This document shows, one piece after another, positions 28,227 through 37,490 of a DNA stretch of 60,315 bases (position 1 is the stretch's first letter; each line of letters opens with the position of its first letter). Source of the DNA: Armatimonadota bacterium (GTDB taxonomy: Bacteria; Armatimonadota; UBA5829); contig JARYME010000004.1 in NCBI GenBank assembly GCA_029907315.1, positions 1 through 60,315 of the forward strand. Direction: 5' to 3'. Position numbers and translations under genes: made by a program. Below the pieces are notes generated by a model that saw only the letters and a list, made by a program, of their open reading frames with translations, was not told where the DNA came from and made no database searches.

Positions 28227-29853
28227 TGTCGCCCTCCTTCTGCCGGACGGCCCGCCGCGCCGCCGCACTTGTCACAGCGAACCACACAAGACCGAGAAGC
28301 ACCGCCGACCCCAACACTGCAAACTGGATAAGACGACTCGGACTGAACTTGATGAACGACTTCACAAATTGGATTCCGGCCAGCTGTGCCGCGAGCACCA
28401 TAGGAATAGGCGAATAGTCGGCCAAAGATCTGGCTGGGCGACCCGTCCCGGTGCTATATTCGAACAACTGAACAAACAACAAGAACACTAAAGACGCACT
28501 CAGCCCGCACATAAATCCGACAACCGCTTTCAACTGCCACACCAGGTAGATCACCACAGGCGCAGCTGCGGCAAGAAAACCCAGGAATGCGGATACAGCT
28601 AGCGCGCACAAGTCTCCTACCGCACCTTTGCGGAACGTTGAGATCAGCCCCAATCGATCCATGGACGACACCAGCGCAAACGGAAAAATGGCCCCCAAAA
28701 TAGCTCCCACAAAGGAATAGTGGACGTGAAGGTCGGTCTTGTCAGCAGCAGGTTGGTATAATGCAAGAAAGACCCTGAAAAGAGTGAAAGCCAGCGCTGT
28801 TCCCAAGAAGCTCTCATATATCCGAACAAACTCCTCGCCGGAACCTGGTGGTCTTGAAAGCGCGATTACAGGCACGGCGACGCTAAGCGCACTGGCAAGA
28901 CCTATGGCAATCCCCAGTCCGGACCACAGCTTGAACTCAGCTACCACAAAGCCAAGTATCAGGAGAACGCCGAAAGTTGCCACATCGAGCCCGGCCGTTT
29001 TTTCTTCCGCGCTCCGCAAAGCACTCGCAGCAAGCCAAGCGCACACTCCGATTACGGCAGCGCCCAACGCGGTAGCTTCCAACAATTCCCACTTGGGTCC
29101 GAAACGCCACGCATAAACTGCACTGAGCACAACGGTTAGAATGCCCCCCAGAAGTGCTGCCAATCCTGCCCCCTTGCCAGGGTTTGAGTCGAACAGGCTC
29201 CGCGGCAGCGCCAGCACGGTGGCAAGAGCTGCAACCAGCGCACTCGCCGTTGTCAAGATGGGAAGCGACCACAAGAAGCGCTGGTTTACTGAGTCAAAGT
29301 GGTTCGCACAAAGCACGGTTCCAGAAGAGGTGATGAGGCATACGAAACACCACACCAAAACACTCGCGTCAAAAGCTTCAGTGCGCAGCAGTAAGCTGTA
29401 AAACATGAGAACTGACGCCATAATGGCTCCTATGGCGAATCCCATCATTGCGTCTGTCGGGTGCGTACGAAACAAAACCATTACCAGCGAGGAAGCAGAT
29501 ACGCCGGCAAACCCTGACTCCAGCAAGGCACAGCACCGCACTTTGAAGTAACCACTCGTCCGACGGGTTCTCAGCCGCGTCGCCGCCAGGTACATAAGAG
29601 CACCGGTGAAACCGCCGATCAAGAAACCGAACGCCAAGTCCTGACCCTGAGAAAATGGCGGAGCGGTGCGCATAGCCACACCCCAAAGGAGAAGAGTAAG
29701 AACGGCTGTGAGCACCGCAGCCAAAACGGAACTCCGAGATTCCACGGACGACACGAGAACTTCGGGTTCAGCAGAACGCGTTCCTATATATCGTGAAACG
29801 CACATCCCCACGACCCCAGCCCCGAATACAAACCATTCCGCACCCCACAACAT
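28213..29853 (-). CDS. Polytopic integral membrane protein, family not recognised
   Basis: 546 aa, almost entirely hydrophobic helices (roughly 14 or more) with short loops. I recognise no motif. The stop overlaps the A2M start. Confidence 0.6.
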   Translation of the reverse strand: MLWGAEWFVFGAGVVGMCVSRYIGTRSAEPEVLVSSVESRSSVLAAVLTAVLTLLLWGVAMRTAPPFSQGQDLAFGFLIGGFTGALMYLAATRLRTRRTSGYFKVRCCALLESGFAGVSASSLVMVLFRTHPTDAMMGFAIGAIMASVLMFYSLLLRTEAFDASVLVWCFVCLITSSGTVLCANHFDSVNQRFLWSLPILTTASALVAALATVLALPRSLFDSNPGKGAGLAALLGGILTVVLSAVYAWRFGPKWELLEATALGAAVIGVCAWLAASALRSAEEKTAGLDVATFGVLLILGFVVAEFKLWSGLGIAIGLASALSVAVPVIALSRPPGSGEEFVRIYESFLGTALAFTLFRVFLALYQPAADKTDLHVHYSFVGAILGAIFPFALVSSMDRLGLISTFRKGAVGDLCALAVSAFLGFLAAAAPVVIYLVWQLKAVVGFMCGLSASLVFLLFVQLFEYSTGTGRPARSLADYSPIPMVLAAQLAGIQFVKSFIKFSPSRLIQFAVLGSAVLLGLVWFAVTSAAARRAVRQKEGDNANS

Positions 29854-30092
29854 AAACCGCCACCTTCCTTCATTTCACAAAGTAATCGACTTTTTCTCCC
29901 TGCGCCGCTGATTTCCTCTAATAGTAACGATACGGATTTTATACAAGTTGACGCATTTAGCTCGGCAACTGTAAGCATAGTCGATAAAAGCATCTGTGGT
30001 TTTTCCAAACGTGGGCAAAGAAATTTTCCTTAATTGCGGCGACTGGACGATCGTGTTACACTCATGCCTGCGAAGAACAAGGGGGGTGCCTA

Positions 30093-32624
30093 ATGGATTC
30101 CGCACTTAGACTATCGCTCCTGTTGTGCGTCTGCGGCGTAGCGAGTTTGGCAGCGGCTGCCCGCGCTTCTGAGCAGTTGCTGGACATGCAGAAACTGCAG
30201 TGGTTAACACCAGTGGAGGGACCAACCTGCGAGCTTAGCGAGCGGTCGGCACTGGTGCGCGTTCCTCAAGCCCCAGACGGCTACAACCATTGGGTAGACG
30301 GTGTCGCGCACGCTCCTACACTGCAAATCGAAGCACCAGATGGCGATTGGGACCTTTCGGCAAAAATCGATCTAATCGACTTCACTCCTAACTCGAACTT
30401 CCACGTCGGGCTGGTCGTAGGATTTGCAGATGCGTACGTAATTATCTTTGGACCTTTTCAAGGACCAGCTGTTTGGAAAGAAGGAAAGTGGCCTGAGCTG
30501 TGGCTCGAAGGAACAGGAATGCCAGCGATGTCTAGGCTAAAAATAGACGCACGAGCCTTAGAGCTGCAGATAAGGAAGCGTCAAAACGAGTACGCATGCT
30601 ACTATCGAAAGGGCGAAGGTGCCAAATGGGAAAGATGCGGTGAATACCTTGGCGTTTTTCCGCCCAGGTTTATCGGTGTAATAGGCAAGACGTTTTCCAA
30701 CGGACCAGGGATTGCGTTCTCAGCGCGAGACCTCCGAGTTGAACCGGCTTCTTCAGAACATTCCACAGCGCGGATATGGGTCGATGCAAAGTCCAGCGGC
30801 GGTCGAATAGACCGCAACATATACGGTCATTTCATCGAGCATCTTGGCAGGTGCATCTATGGTGGGATATGGGCCGAGATGTTGTACAACCGCAAGTTCA
30901 CCGGTGGCGTTGATAGTCAAGGCGTGATCGAGTCGTGGTCAGCATTTGGCGAAGACGCTAAATACTCGCGGGACAATATTGAGTTTTATACATCGTGCCA
31001 GTCCCAGAGAATCGAGCTCGCTCCAGGCAAGGAGGCCGGCATTGGCAAGCGAGATGCGAACCTCGCAATCAAGCCGCAGCGCTACGTGGTCAGAGCAGTG
31101 CTCAAGCAAAAGGAACTTAGCGGAGGTGTAACTGTGGCTCTGCGGCAAGGCAAGCACATCTATGCAAGCGCGCTAATCCCCGAGGTAGGTGAAGACTGGT
31201 CGGAGTACACCGTACAACTGGATGTGCTTGAGTCTGATCCTAATGCGGAGTTTTCAGTCACAGCTGTAGGTCCCGGCACGCTGTGGATAGGCTGCCTCTC
31301 TATGATGCCGGCAGACAATGTGGAGGGAATGCGACGAGACGTCCTTGAGGCGATAAAGCGGATCAAACCGCCGCTTGTACGCTGGCCCGGCGGCAATATG
31401 GTTTCGGGATATCACTGGGAAGACGGAATCGGCCCCAGAGACAAACGCATGCCCCGTTGGGAACGAGCTTGGAACGCCTGGGAATGGAACGATTTTGGAA
31501 CGGACGAATATATCCGCTTCTGCCGATTGGTTGGTACGGAGCCATATATCTGTGTAAACGCGGGCGAAGGCCAGGCAGATGAGGCGGCTCGGTGGGTGGA
31601 ATATTGCAACGGCTCGCCCGACACCCCCTACGGCAGACTGCGGGCGCTGAATGGGCATCCTGAACCCTATAATGTCAAGTACTGGGGCATCGGCAACGAG
31701 ATGTATGGCGATTGGCAGTTAGGCCACTTAGATGCAACCAAGTATGCGCTAAAGTCCATAGAATTCGCTTGTGCAATGAAGGCAGTTGATCCATCAATCG
31801 TTCTAGTGGGTGTGGGCGTAGACAACGATTCATTCGGCAACTGGAATTCAACTGTCGCGCAGATCGCCGGAAGCTATTACGACTACTTATCTGTCCATTA
31901 CTACAAAGGCCCGAGAGCAAAAGATCCTAAGGAACTGACGTACCTAAACCTGATATGCGCCTCTCTCGAAATCGAAAAGATGCTCGCCGCAACAGCTGAT
32001 GTTGTGGAGCATAACTCGCCGAAGAAACTGCCGCTGGCTTTTGACGAGTGGAACATTTGGCTGCCACACGGGTTGGACAGCTCAATGTATGCACTGCGCG
32101 ACGGTCTTTTCGCTGCTGGAGTATTCCACACGCTTCATAGGCTCTGCGACCGCGTCAAGATGGCTAACCTTGCTCAGCTTGTTAACGTCCTAGGAGCAAT
32201 CCAAACAAGCATGACGGAAGTGGTAGAAACGCCCATTTACAAAGCGTTCGAGCTGTATTCGAATCTATTCGAAGCCAACCGGCTCGAAGTAAACGCAGAG
32301 TGCAACTTGTTCGATACTCCAGCTGGGAGAATGCCCGTGCTGGACGCGTCGGCTGCCATAAGCGAAGATGGCACTAAGCTAGTTCTGGCAGTGATAAACC
32401 GAGACCCTGTATCCGATCACCTGGCTGAGCTTAAGATCTCAGGGTTCAAACCCAGAGCTTGTGCGCAAGTAGCGGTTCTGAACGGACCGAGCGCCTTCGC
32501 AGTCAACAACTTTGGCAAGCCAGAGCAGGTAACGATCGAGCGCAAAAGCGTCGATGTGGATTTCAGTAAGCCCTACTCATTCCCGGCACACTCGGTCACG
32601 ATTATGGTAATGAAAGCGCAGTAG
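30093..32624 (+). CDS. Secreted GH51 alpha-L-arabinofuranosidase with a long N-terminal extension
   Basis: RWPGGNMVSGYHWEDGIGPRDKR and WGIGNEMYGDWQLGH (acid/base Glu) motifs. Signal peptide. About 340 residues precede the catalytic barrel. Confidence 0.85.
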   Translation: MDSALRLSLLLCVCGVASLAAAARASEQLLDMQKLQWLTPVEGPTCELSERSALVRVPQAPDGYNHWVDGVAHAPTLQIEAPDGDWDLSAKIDLIDFTPNSNFHVGLVVGFADAYVIIFGPFQGPAVWKEGKWPELWLEGTGMPAMSRLKIDARALELQIRKRQNEYACYYRKGEGAKWERCGEYLGVFPPRFIGVIGKTFSNGPGIAFSARDLRVEPASSEHSTARIWVDAKSSGGRIDRNIYGHFIEHLGRCIYGGIWAEMLYNRKFTGGVDSQGVIESWSAFGEDAKYSRDNIEFYTSCQSQRIELAPGKEAGIGKRDANLAIKPQRYVVRAVLKQKELSGGVTVALRQGKHIYASALIPEVGEDWSEYTVQLDVLESDPNAEFSVTAVGPGTLWIGCLSMMPADNVEGMRRDVLEAIKRIKPPLVRWPGGNMVSGYHWEDGIGPRDKRMPRWERAWNAWEWNDFGTDEYIRFCRLVGTEPYICVNAGEGQADEAARWVEYCNGSPDTPYGRLRALNGHPEPYNVKYWGIGNEMYGDWQLGHLDATKYALKSIEFACAMKAVDPSIVLVGVGVDNDSFGNWNSTVAQIAGSYYDYLSVHYYKGPRAKDPKELTYLNLICASLEIEKMLAATADVVEHNSPKKLPLAFDEWNIWLPHGLDSSMYALRDGLFAAGVFHTLHRLCDRVKMANLAQLVNVLGAIQTSMTEVVETPIYKAFELYSNLFEANRLEVNAECNLFDTPAGRMPVLDASAAISEDGTKLVLAVINRDPVSDHLAELKISGFKPRACAQVAVLNGPSAFAVNNFGKPEQVTIERKSVDVDFSKPYSFPAHSVTIMVMKAQ

Positions 32625-32635
32625 TCACTTTTATT

Positions 32636-34327
32636 TCACTTAGGTATCTCATACGGCCAGGCTGCCAAGCCGCCGTCCAGAAAACACACACGTGTAAAGC
32701 CTTCACCTTCGAGAATGCGCTGAGCTTCCCACGCGCGCATGCTCGTCTTGCAAAAGATGACAAACTCTTTGTCGCGAGGCAGTTCCCCTGCTCTTTCACG
32801 CAGTTTGCCCAGCGGTATATGGACTACCCTCTCATGTCTGAAAGGCTGTGCCTCTACTTCAGCCGGAGTTCGAACGTCCAGTAGGACAAAGTCATCGTTG
32901 GCATCCAGCCGACTTTTGAGTTCTTGAGGCGTACAAGATTTGGCAAGCCCAAGAAGCTTATTGTCGACAACGTTCGCGGCGTGCTGGATAATGTCCACAG
33001 CAGTAGAATAAGGTGGAGCATAGCCCAGGTCTAAATCCGAGACATCGCGCGCTTCTATACCGAAGGTGATAGCCGTCGCGGCCACGTCTATGCGCTTTAC
33101 GACCTCGCCAGTACCAAGGGCTTGCACACCCAGCAGTTTGCCCGTTTCAGAATGCGCAATCATCTTCATAATGACCGGCTTGGCTGCGGGATAGTAATGA
33201 GCGCGGTCGGGACCAGGTACCACAGCGGTCACACAAGGAATACCGTGCTTTTTGCAATCGCTCTCGGAGAGACCAACCTTTCCGACGTTGAAATCGAAAG
33301 CCTTGAAGACTACTGTGCCCAACACACCTTCGAACTTAGTGTTGCCACCAGTTACGTTGTCGCCTATAACTCTACCGTGCTTGTTCGCCGTTGAACCTAG
33401 TGGTGCGTAAATCGGTTTGCCAGTTATCAAATGAACGCTTTCGACACAGTCTCCACCCGCGTAGATGCATGGATCCGAGGTTTGAAGGTGCTCATTCACC
33501 TTGATGGCTCCTGTCTCGCCCAACTCGAGTCCGGCATCCTGAGCAAGTTTTACATTGGGTCTGACACCGATGGCAATCAATACCAGTTGCGCGGTGATGT
33601 TCCCTTTATCGGTGACCACTTCGCGTACTGCTCCACGGTCGTCCCCCTCGAAGCAAAGCACACGGGTGTCAGTGAGTACAGTGACGCCTCTGGATTCAAG
33701 ATGTCTCTGCAGGTGGGCAGCCATCTCAGAATCCAGGACAGCAGGAACAATCGAAGGAAGCATTTCTATCATGGTCACGCGGAGTCCCTGTGTTACGAGA
33801 GCCTCGGCTACCTCGACGCCGATAAGTCCTGCTCCTACTATGACGGCTTCCTTACAACCTTCGGCGACCGCCTTTCTGATCCCCTCTGCATCGTGCGGAT
33901 GATTAAGCCTGAATACACCTTTGAGATCAACACCTGAGCACGGAGGCACCGCCGCATCCGCACCGGTCGCCAAAACCAGCTTGTCGTAGGGTATTTCTTG
34001 TTTCTGCGCGGTTTCCAACGAAACGACCTCGACAACTTTTCTTTGTCGGTCTATACGCTCCGCAAGAGTTCTGCTCATTACGTTTATCGCCTTCACCCCT
34101 TTGAAGAAGGCCTCATCTCGAAGCGCCCCCGCTGGAGTCATCATAAGCTCGTCAGTAGTCTCAACCTGACCCTGAATGTAGTAAGGCATCCCGCAGCCTG
34201 CGTACGACAGAAGATCCCCACGCTCTATTATAGTGATCTCAGCTTTGGGGTCGCGCCGCCTAGCACGAGCCGCAGCCTTGGGACCGCATGCTACTCCTCC
34301 GATAACGACTATCCTGCTCCCACTCAT
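32636..34327 (-). CDS. CoA-disulfide reductase / NADH-dependent persulfide reductase-type FAD oxidoreductase fused to a rhodanese domain
   Basis: VVIGGVACGPKAA FAD motif. Redox Cys in SYAGCGMPYY. Second dinucleotide motif VIVGAGLIGVE. C-terminal rhodanese with active-site loop CKTSMR. Confidence 0.85.
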   Translation of the reverse strand: MSGSRIVVIGGVACGPKAAARARRRDPKAEITIIERGDLLSYAGCGMPYYIQGQVETTDELMMTPAGALRDEAFFKGVKAINVMSRTLAERIDRQRKVVEVVSLETAQKQEIPYDKLVLATGADAAVPPCSGVDLKGVFRLNHPHDAEGIRKAVAEGCKEAVIVGAGLIGVEVAEALVTQGLRVTMIEMLPSIVPAVLDSEMAAHLQRHLESRGVTVLTDTRVLCFEGDDRGAVREVVTDKGNITAQLVLIAIGVRPNVKLAQDAGLELGETGAIKVNEHLQTSDPCIYAGGDCVESVHLITGKPIYAPLGSTANKHGRVIGDNVTGGNTKFEGVLGTVVFKAFDFNVGKVGLSESDCKKHGIPCVTAVVPGPDRAHYYPAAKPVIMKMIAHSETGKLLGVQALGTGEVVKRIDVAATAITFGIEARDVSDLDLGYAPPYSTAVDIIQHAANVVDNKLLGLAKSCTPQELKSRLDANDDFVLLDVRTPAEVEAQPFRHERVVHIPLGKLRERAGELPRDKEFVIFCKTSMRAWEAQRILEGEGFTRVCFLDGGLAAWPYEIPK

Positions 34328-34447
34328 GATGAATCTCCCAAAATCGTAATTCGGTTGGGTAGATTATACACCGACGGGAACAGTGCGGTATACTGGCGCA
34401 GGATTGGGAAGGCTCATTATAGAAGCACGCCTTGAGGACAGCGCATT

Positions 34448-35059
34448 ATGGAAATCCCAAAAGTTGTCGGCGAATTTGCAACAGTAGTAACTGCTCTGGT
34501 CATCGTTTTGGACCCACTCGCCATAGTGCCCATACTGATAAGCTTGAGCTCGAACCACAGCATGAGAGAAAGTCGCCGTTTGGCTTATAGGATTGTGGCT
34601 GGGGCAACAGTTTTATTGCTGTTCTTTACGGTGACCGGCACTTGGGTACTTCAACTATTCGGTGTCACGTTAAACGACCTACGCATCGGCGGCGGACTGT
34701 TGCTGCTCCTAATCTCTCTGAAGATGGTAGTGGAGGGTCGAATCAGTCCAGGCAAGGAAGAGGATTACCGCGCCGCCATCGTGCCATTGATATCGCCTTT
34801 ACTGGTCGGTCCCGGGGCAATCACGGCGGCGGTGGTTCTCGCCGCAATACACGGTGTTTGGTTCACTGCTCTGGCTGGTTTGGCATCTATGCTCATTTGC
34901 TTGCTGGTATTTTTGTCGGCGGGCCTAGTTCAACGCGTACTTGGTGAATCCGGAACGGACCTGGTGACCCGGGTGATGGGAATATTGGTTGCAACCATTG
35001 CGGTCGGCTACATCCGAGAAGGAATATTTTCCAGCGTGAAGGATTTCAGAAAGCTGTAA
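34448..35059 (+). CDS. MarC family (UPF0056) integral membrane protein
   Basis: 203 aa, six hydrophobic segments, typical MarC pattern (DPLAIVPI..., PLISPLLVGPGAI). Confidence 0.8.
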   Translation: MEIPKVVGEFATVVTALVIVLDPLAIVPILISLSSNHSMRESRRLAYRIVAGATVLLLFFTVTGTWVLQLFGVTLNDLRIGGGLLLLLISLKMVVEGRISPGKEEDYRAAIVPLISPLLVGPGAITAAVVLAAIHGVWFTALAGLASMLICLLVFLSAGLVQRVLGESGTDLVTRVMGILVATIAVGYIREGIFSSVKDFRKL

Positions 35060-35106
35060 ACAACCTCTCTGAGATGCTTCCCCGACGAAGCCCGAAGGGC
35101 CAACTG

Positions 35107-35535
35107 ATGACCGAACACCCAAAGAAGTTAATCCGTGTGGTACTGGACACAAACGTGTTTGTAGCCGCTTATTGGGCGCCGTCAAGTGCATCCGCCCAGC
35201 TTATTCAAGCCTGCCGTAAGGGCTTGGCTCGTGCACAATATTCGCCTGAAGTTCGAAGCGAAGTTGAACGCGTGCTGCGTATGATCAAAGCCCGCCAACA
35301 GTTTCTGCAATCGCTCGAGGCTTTCTGGGCAACGGCGGAACAGGTGCGAGCAGTCTGCGTGGACACCGTCCGAGTATCCGACCCGGACGACCAAAAATTT
35401 TTGGAAGCAGCAGTCGGCGCCCAAAGCGATTTCCTGGTAACAAACGACCAGCACCTACTAAGCATTGGGCAGATCGGCCGAACGGAGATAGTAACGCCGT
35501 CCAGGGTGATGAAGATCATTGCGTACAATGTCTAG
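35107..35535 (+). CDS. PIN-domain protein (putative toxin-antitoxin toxin, TIGR00305-like)
   Basis: VVLDTNVFVAA (first acidic residue). DPDDQKFLEAAVGAQSDFLVTNDQHLL (DxxD and ND motifs). The ATG at 35107 has a GAAGGG RBS. Confidence 0.7.
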   Translation: MTEHPKKLIRVVLDTNVFVAAYWAPSSASAQLIQACRKGLARAQYSPEVRSEVERVLRMIKARQQFLQSLEAFWATAEQVRAVCVDTVRVSDPDDQKFLEAAVGAQSDFLVTNDQHLLSIGQIGRTEIVTPSRVMKIIAYNV

Positions 35536-35564
35536 CCGCGCCTAGTCGGCTTAGGAGGATGTGA

Positions 35565-37028
35565 CTACGGCTCGGCACATAAATCCGCCAGTGCTGCGCA
35601 TATGTTATTCTGAACTGTGATGGCGGACGTGTTTGAACACAAATGGTTGTTCATGAGTATTGAGAACACTAACGGCTCACCAGACTTTGTCGTAAGGTAA
35701 CCGGAAAGACTGCTGACTCTACTCAAGTACCCAGTCTTGGCACGAACATTTCCCTCTGCGGAAGTACCTTTCATCCGATTTTTCAGCGTGCCATCCACGC
35801 CGGCAATGGGAAGCGAATCGATGAACGCATGCGCGTGCGGATGTTGATACATACAGCTTAGGAGCTCAACCAAGCTCCTGGCAGTGACACAGTTCAATCT
35901 GGAAAGGCCGGACCCATCGGCTATGTAGATACCGCTCATGTCTACACCGCGTTGCGTTAGAAACTCGATCTCAACCTGACGACCAGATTCCACCGAACCA
36001 TTCCCCTTGACACGTGCCCCCAGTGTTTTCAGCAACGCCTCCGCTATCAAGTTGTCGCTTGGTTTGTTGAGCAACTGTAGGATCTTTGGCAATGGCGGAG
36101 AAATGTGTTCGCACAGCAGAGTCGCACCGCTGGAAACGCGACCCTGCCTTACTTCTCCTTTCACTGAGATGCCTTGCTTGTGCAGTTCGTTCTTGAATAC
36201 GTCACCGGCGTATAGAGCCGGCTCGTGAACAGTGACCAATGTTTCTGGAGCAGAGACCTTCGTGCCGACAGGTATGCTGCCACCGGCGCGAATAACGTTG
36301 GTACCGAGAACCCTATCAACCCACACTGTCTTTTCGGAATTTGCCTCACCAGTTATAGGAATGCTCTCAACGCGCAAGCACGAGGTAGCCGGTTCGAATC
36401 GGACAAGCGCAGGATCTCCGGGTTTCTTGCCTGGGTAGATCCACACACTCACGACGTTGCGATTTAGGTTCAAAGCGCTGACTTCTGCTGAATAGTAGTA
36501 GCACAAGTCATCCCAGGTCCATCCGGTGCCCAGTCGATGGTCGTCAAAAAACGAATCGTCCACAATCAAGTCGCCCGCCACCTTCTTGATGCCCTTGACC
36601 TTCATCTCCTTGGCTATTTCCGCCAGGTCCTTCGTCTCCAAAACCGGATCGCCTCCACCGACCAATGCGATGGAACCCTCTACGACACCTTGGGAACTCA
36701 CCGGCGCACATGCGAAGACCTTGGTAGTGTAGACAAACTCTGGTCCAAGGCGGTCAAGCGCAACAGCCGATACCAGCAACTTCATGTTGGATGCGGGGAT
36801 CATAGCCACATCGGCACAGCGCTCGTAAAGGGTCTTACCGGTCCGCAAAGACTTCACAAGAACAGCCTGTACGCCGTGCTTTAGGTTAGGGTCGGCAAGG
36901 AATTGATCAATTTGCTGCTGGAGTTTGCCGGCTTGCGCCCACGATGACACGCAAACTAGAACAGCAATCCACAATGCCGCGCTTCGCAACACATAACCCG
37001 CGATAATTGATCGTCGTCGAAATCCCAT
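35565..37028 (-). CDS. dacB: D-alanyl-D-alanine carboxypeptidase/endopeptidase (PBP4, peptidase S13)
   Basis: PASNMKL (SxxK), a KTG motif (RAKTGYL), 487 aa, signal peptide. Confidence 0.85.
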   Translation of the reverse strand: MGFRRRSIIAGYVLRSAALWIAVLVCVSSWAQAGKLQQQIDQFLADPNLKHGVQAVLVKSLRTGKTLYERCADVAMIPASNMKLLVSAVALDRLGPEFVYTTKVFACAPVSSQGVVEGSIALVGGGDPVLETKDLAEIAKEMKVKGIKKVAGDLIVDDSFFDDHRLGTGWTWDDLCYYYSAEVSALNLNRNVVSVWIYPGKKPGDPALVRFEPATSCLRVESIPITGEANSEKTVWVDRVLGTNVIRAGGSIPVGTKVSAPETLVTVHEPALYAGDVFKNELHKQGISVKGEVRQGRVSSGATLLCEHISPPLPKILQLLNKPSDNLIAEALLKTLGARVKGNGSVESGRQVEIEFLTQRGVDMSGIYIADGSGLSRLNCVTARSLVELLSCMYQHPHAHAFIDSLPIAGVDGTLKNRMKGTSAEGNVRAKTGYLSRVSSLSGYLTTKSGEPLVFSILMNNHLCSNTSAITVQNNICAALADLCAEP

Positions 37029-37349
37029 ACTTATTTACCTATTCCTTTCACCCATATTGGCGTCCAGTGTTAATCAAAAGCAGGCAAGGAAGGCGACGAC
37101 AGATCACCCACCCGGCCGCTGGACATTTGATGCTTGCGCCCGCAGTGCCGCCTGTATACCCAGTCCGACATAGCGAAGATAAAGGGTTCTGGTACGCGCA
37201 CATTATACGCGATACGCTGGAAGAGCAGCACGATAAGCCTTATTCGAAGGAGTGCAATACATACGCATTATAGCTTCGCCCTACTGTAAACTTGTTTACA
37301 TGCGAAGTCCGCAAAACCTTGACTTCCGAGACTTCCGCTCGCGGTCGTG

Positions 37350-37378
37350 TTGACACGTATACAGGGGACGAATATAAT
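37350..37378 (+). promoter_or_regulatory. Consensus sigma-70-type promoter (TTGACA-17-TATAAT) for hppA
   Basis: Read directly as ttgaca cgtatacaggggacgaa tataat. Implies a 5' leader of about 105 nt. Confidence 0.65.
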
Positions 37379-37490
37379 TTACGGGGTCGACTGTGACCAA
37401 ACCAGCCGCAGAACTCGTCTTCCGGCAGCACAACATATAGACCGAAGACGAGCGGCGGCATTTTATTTGTGCGGAGGAGGATATCGACCT

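Noticed and set aside
36391-36400. GGTTCGAATC string resembling a tRNA T-arm
   Set aside because: It lies inside the dacB coding region. The flanking sequence gives no T-stem pairing, acceptor stem or anticodon arm.
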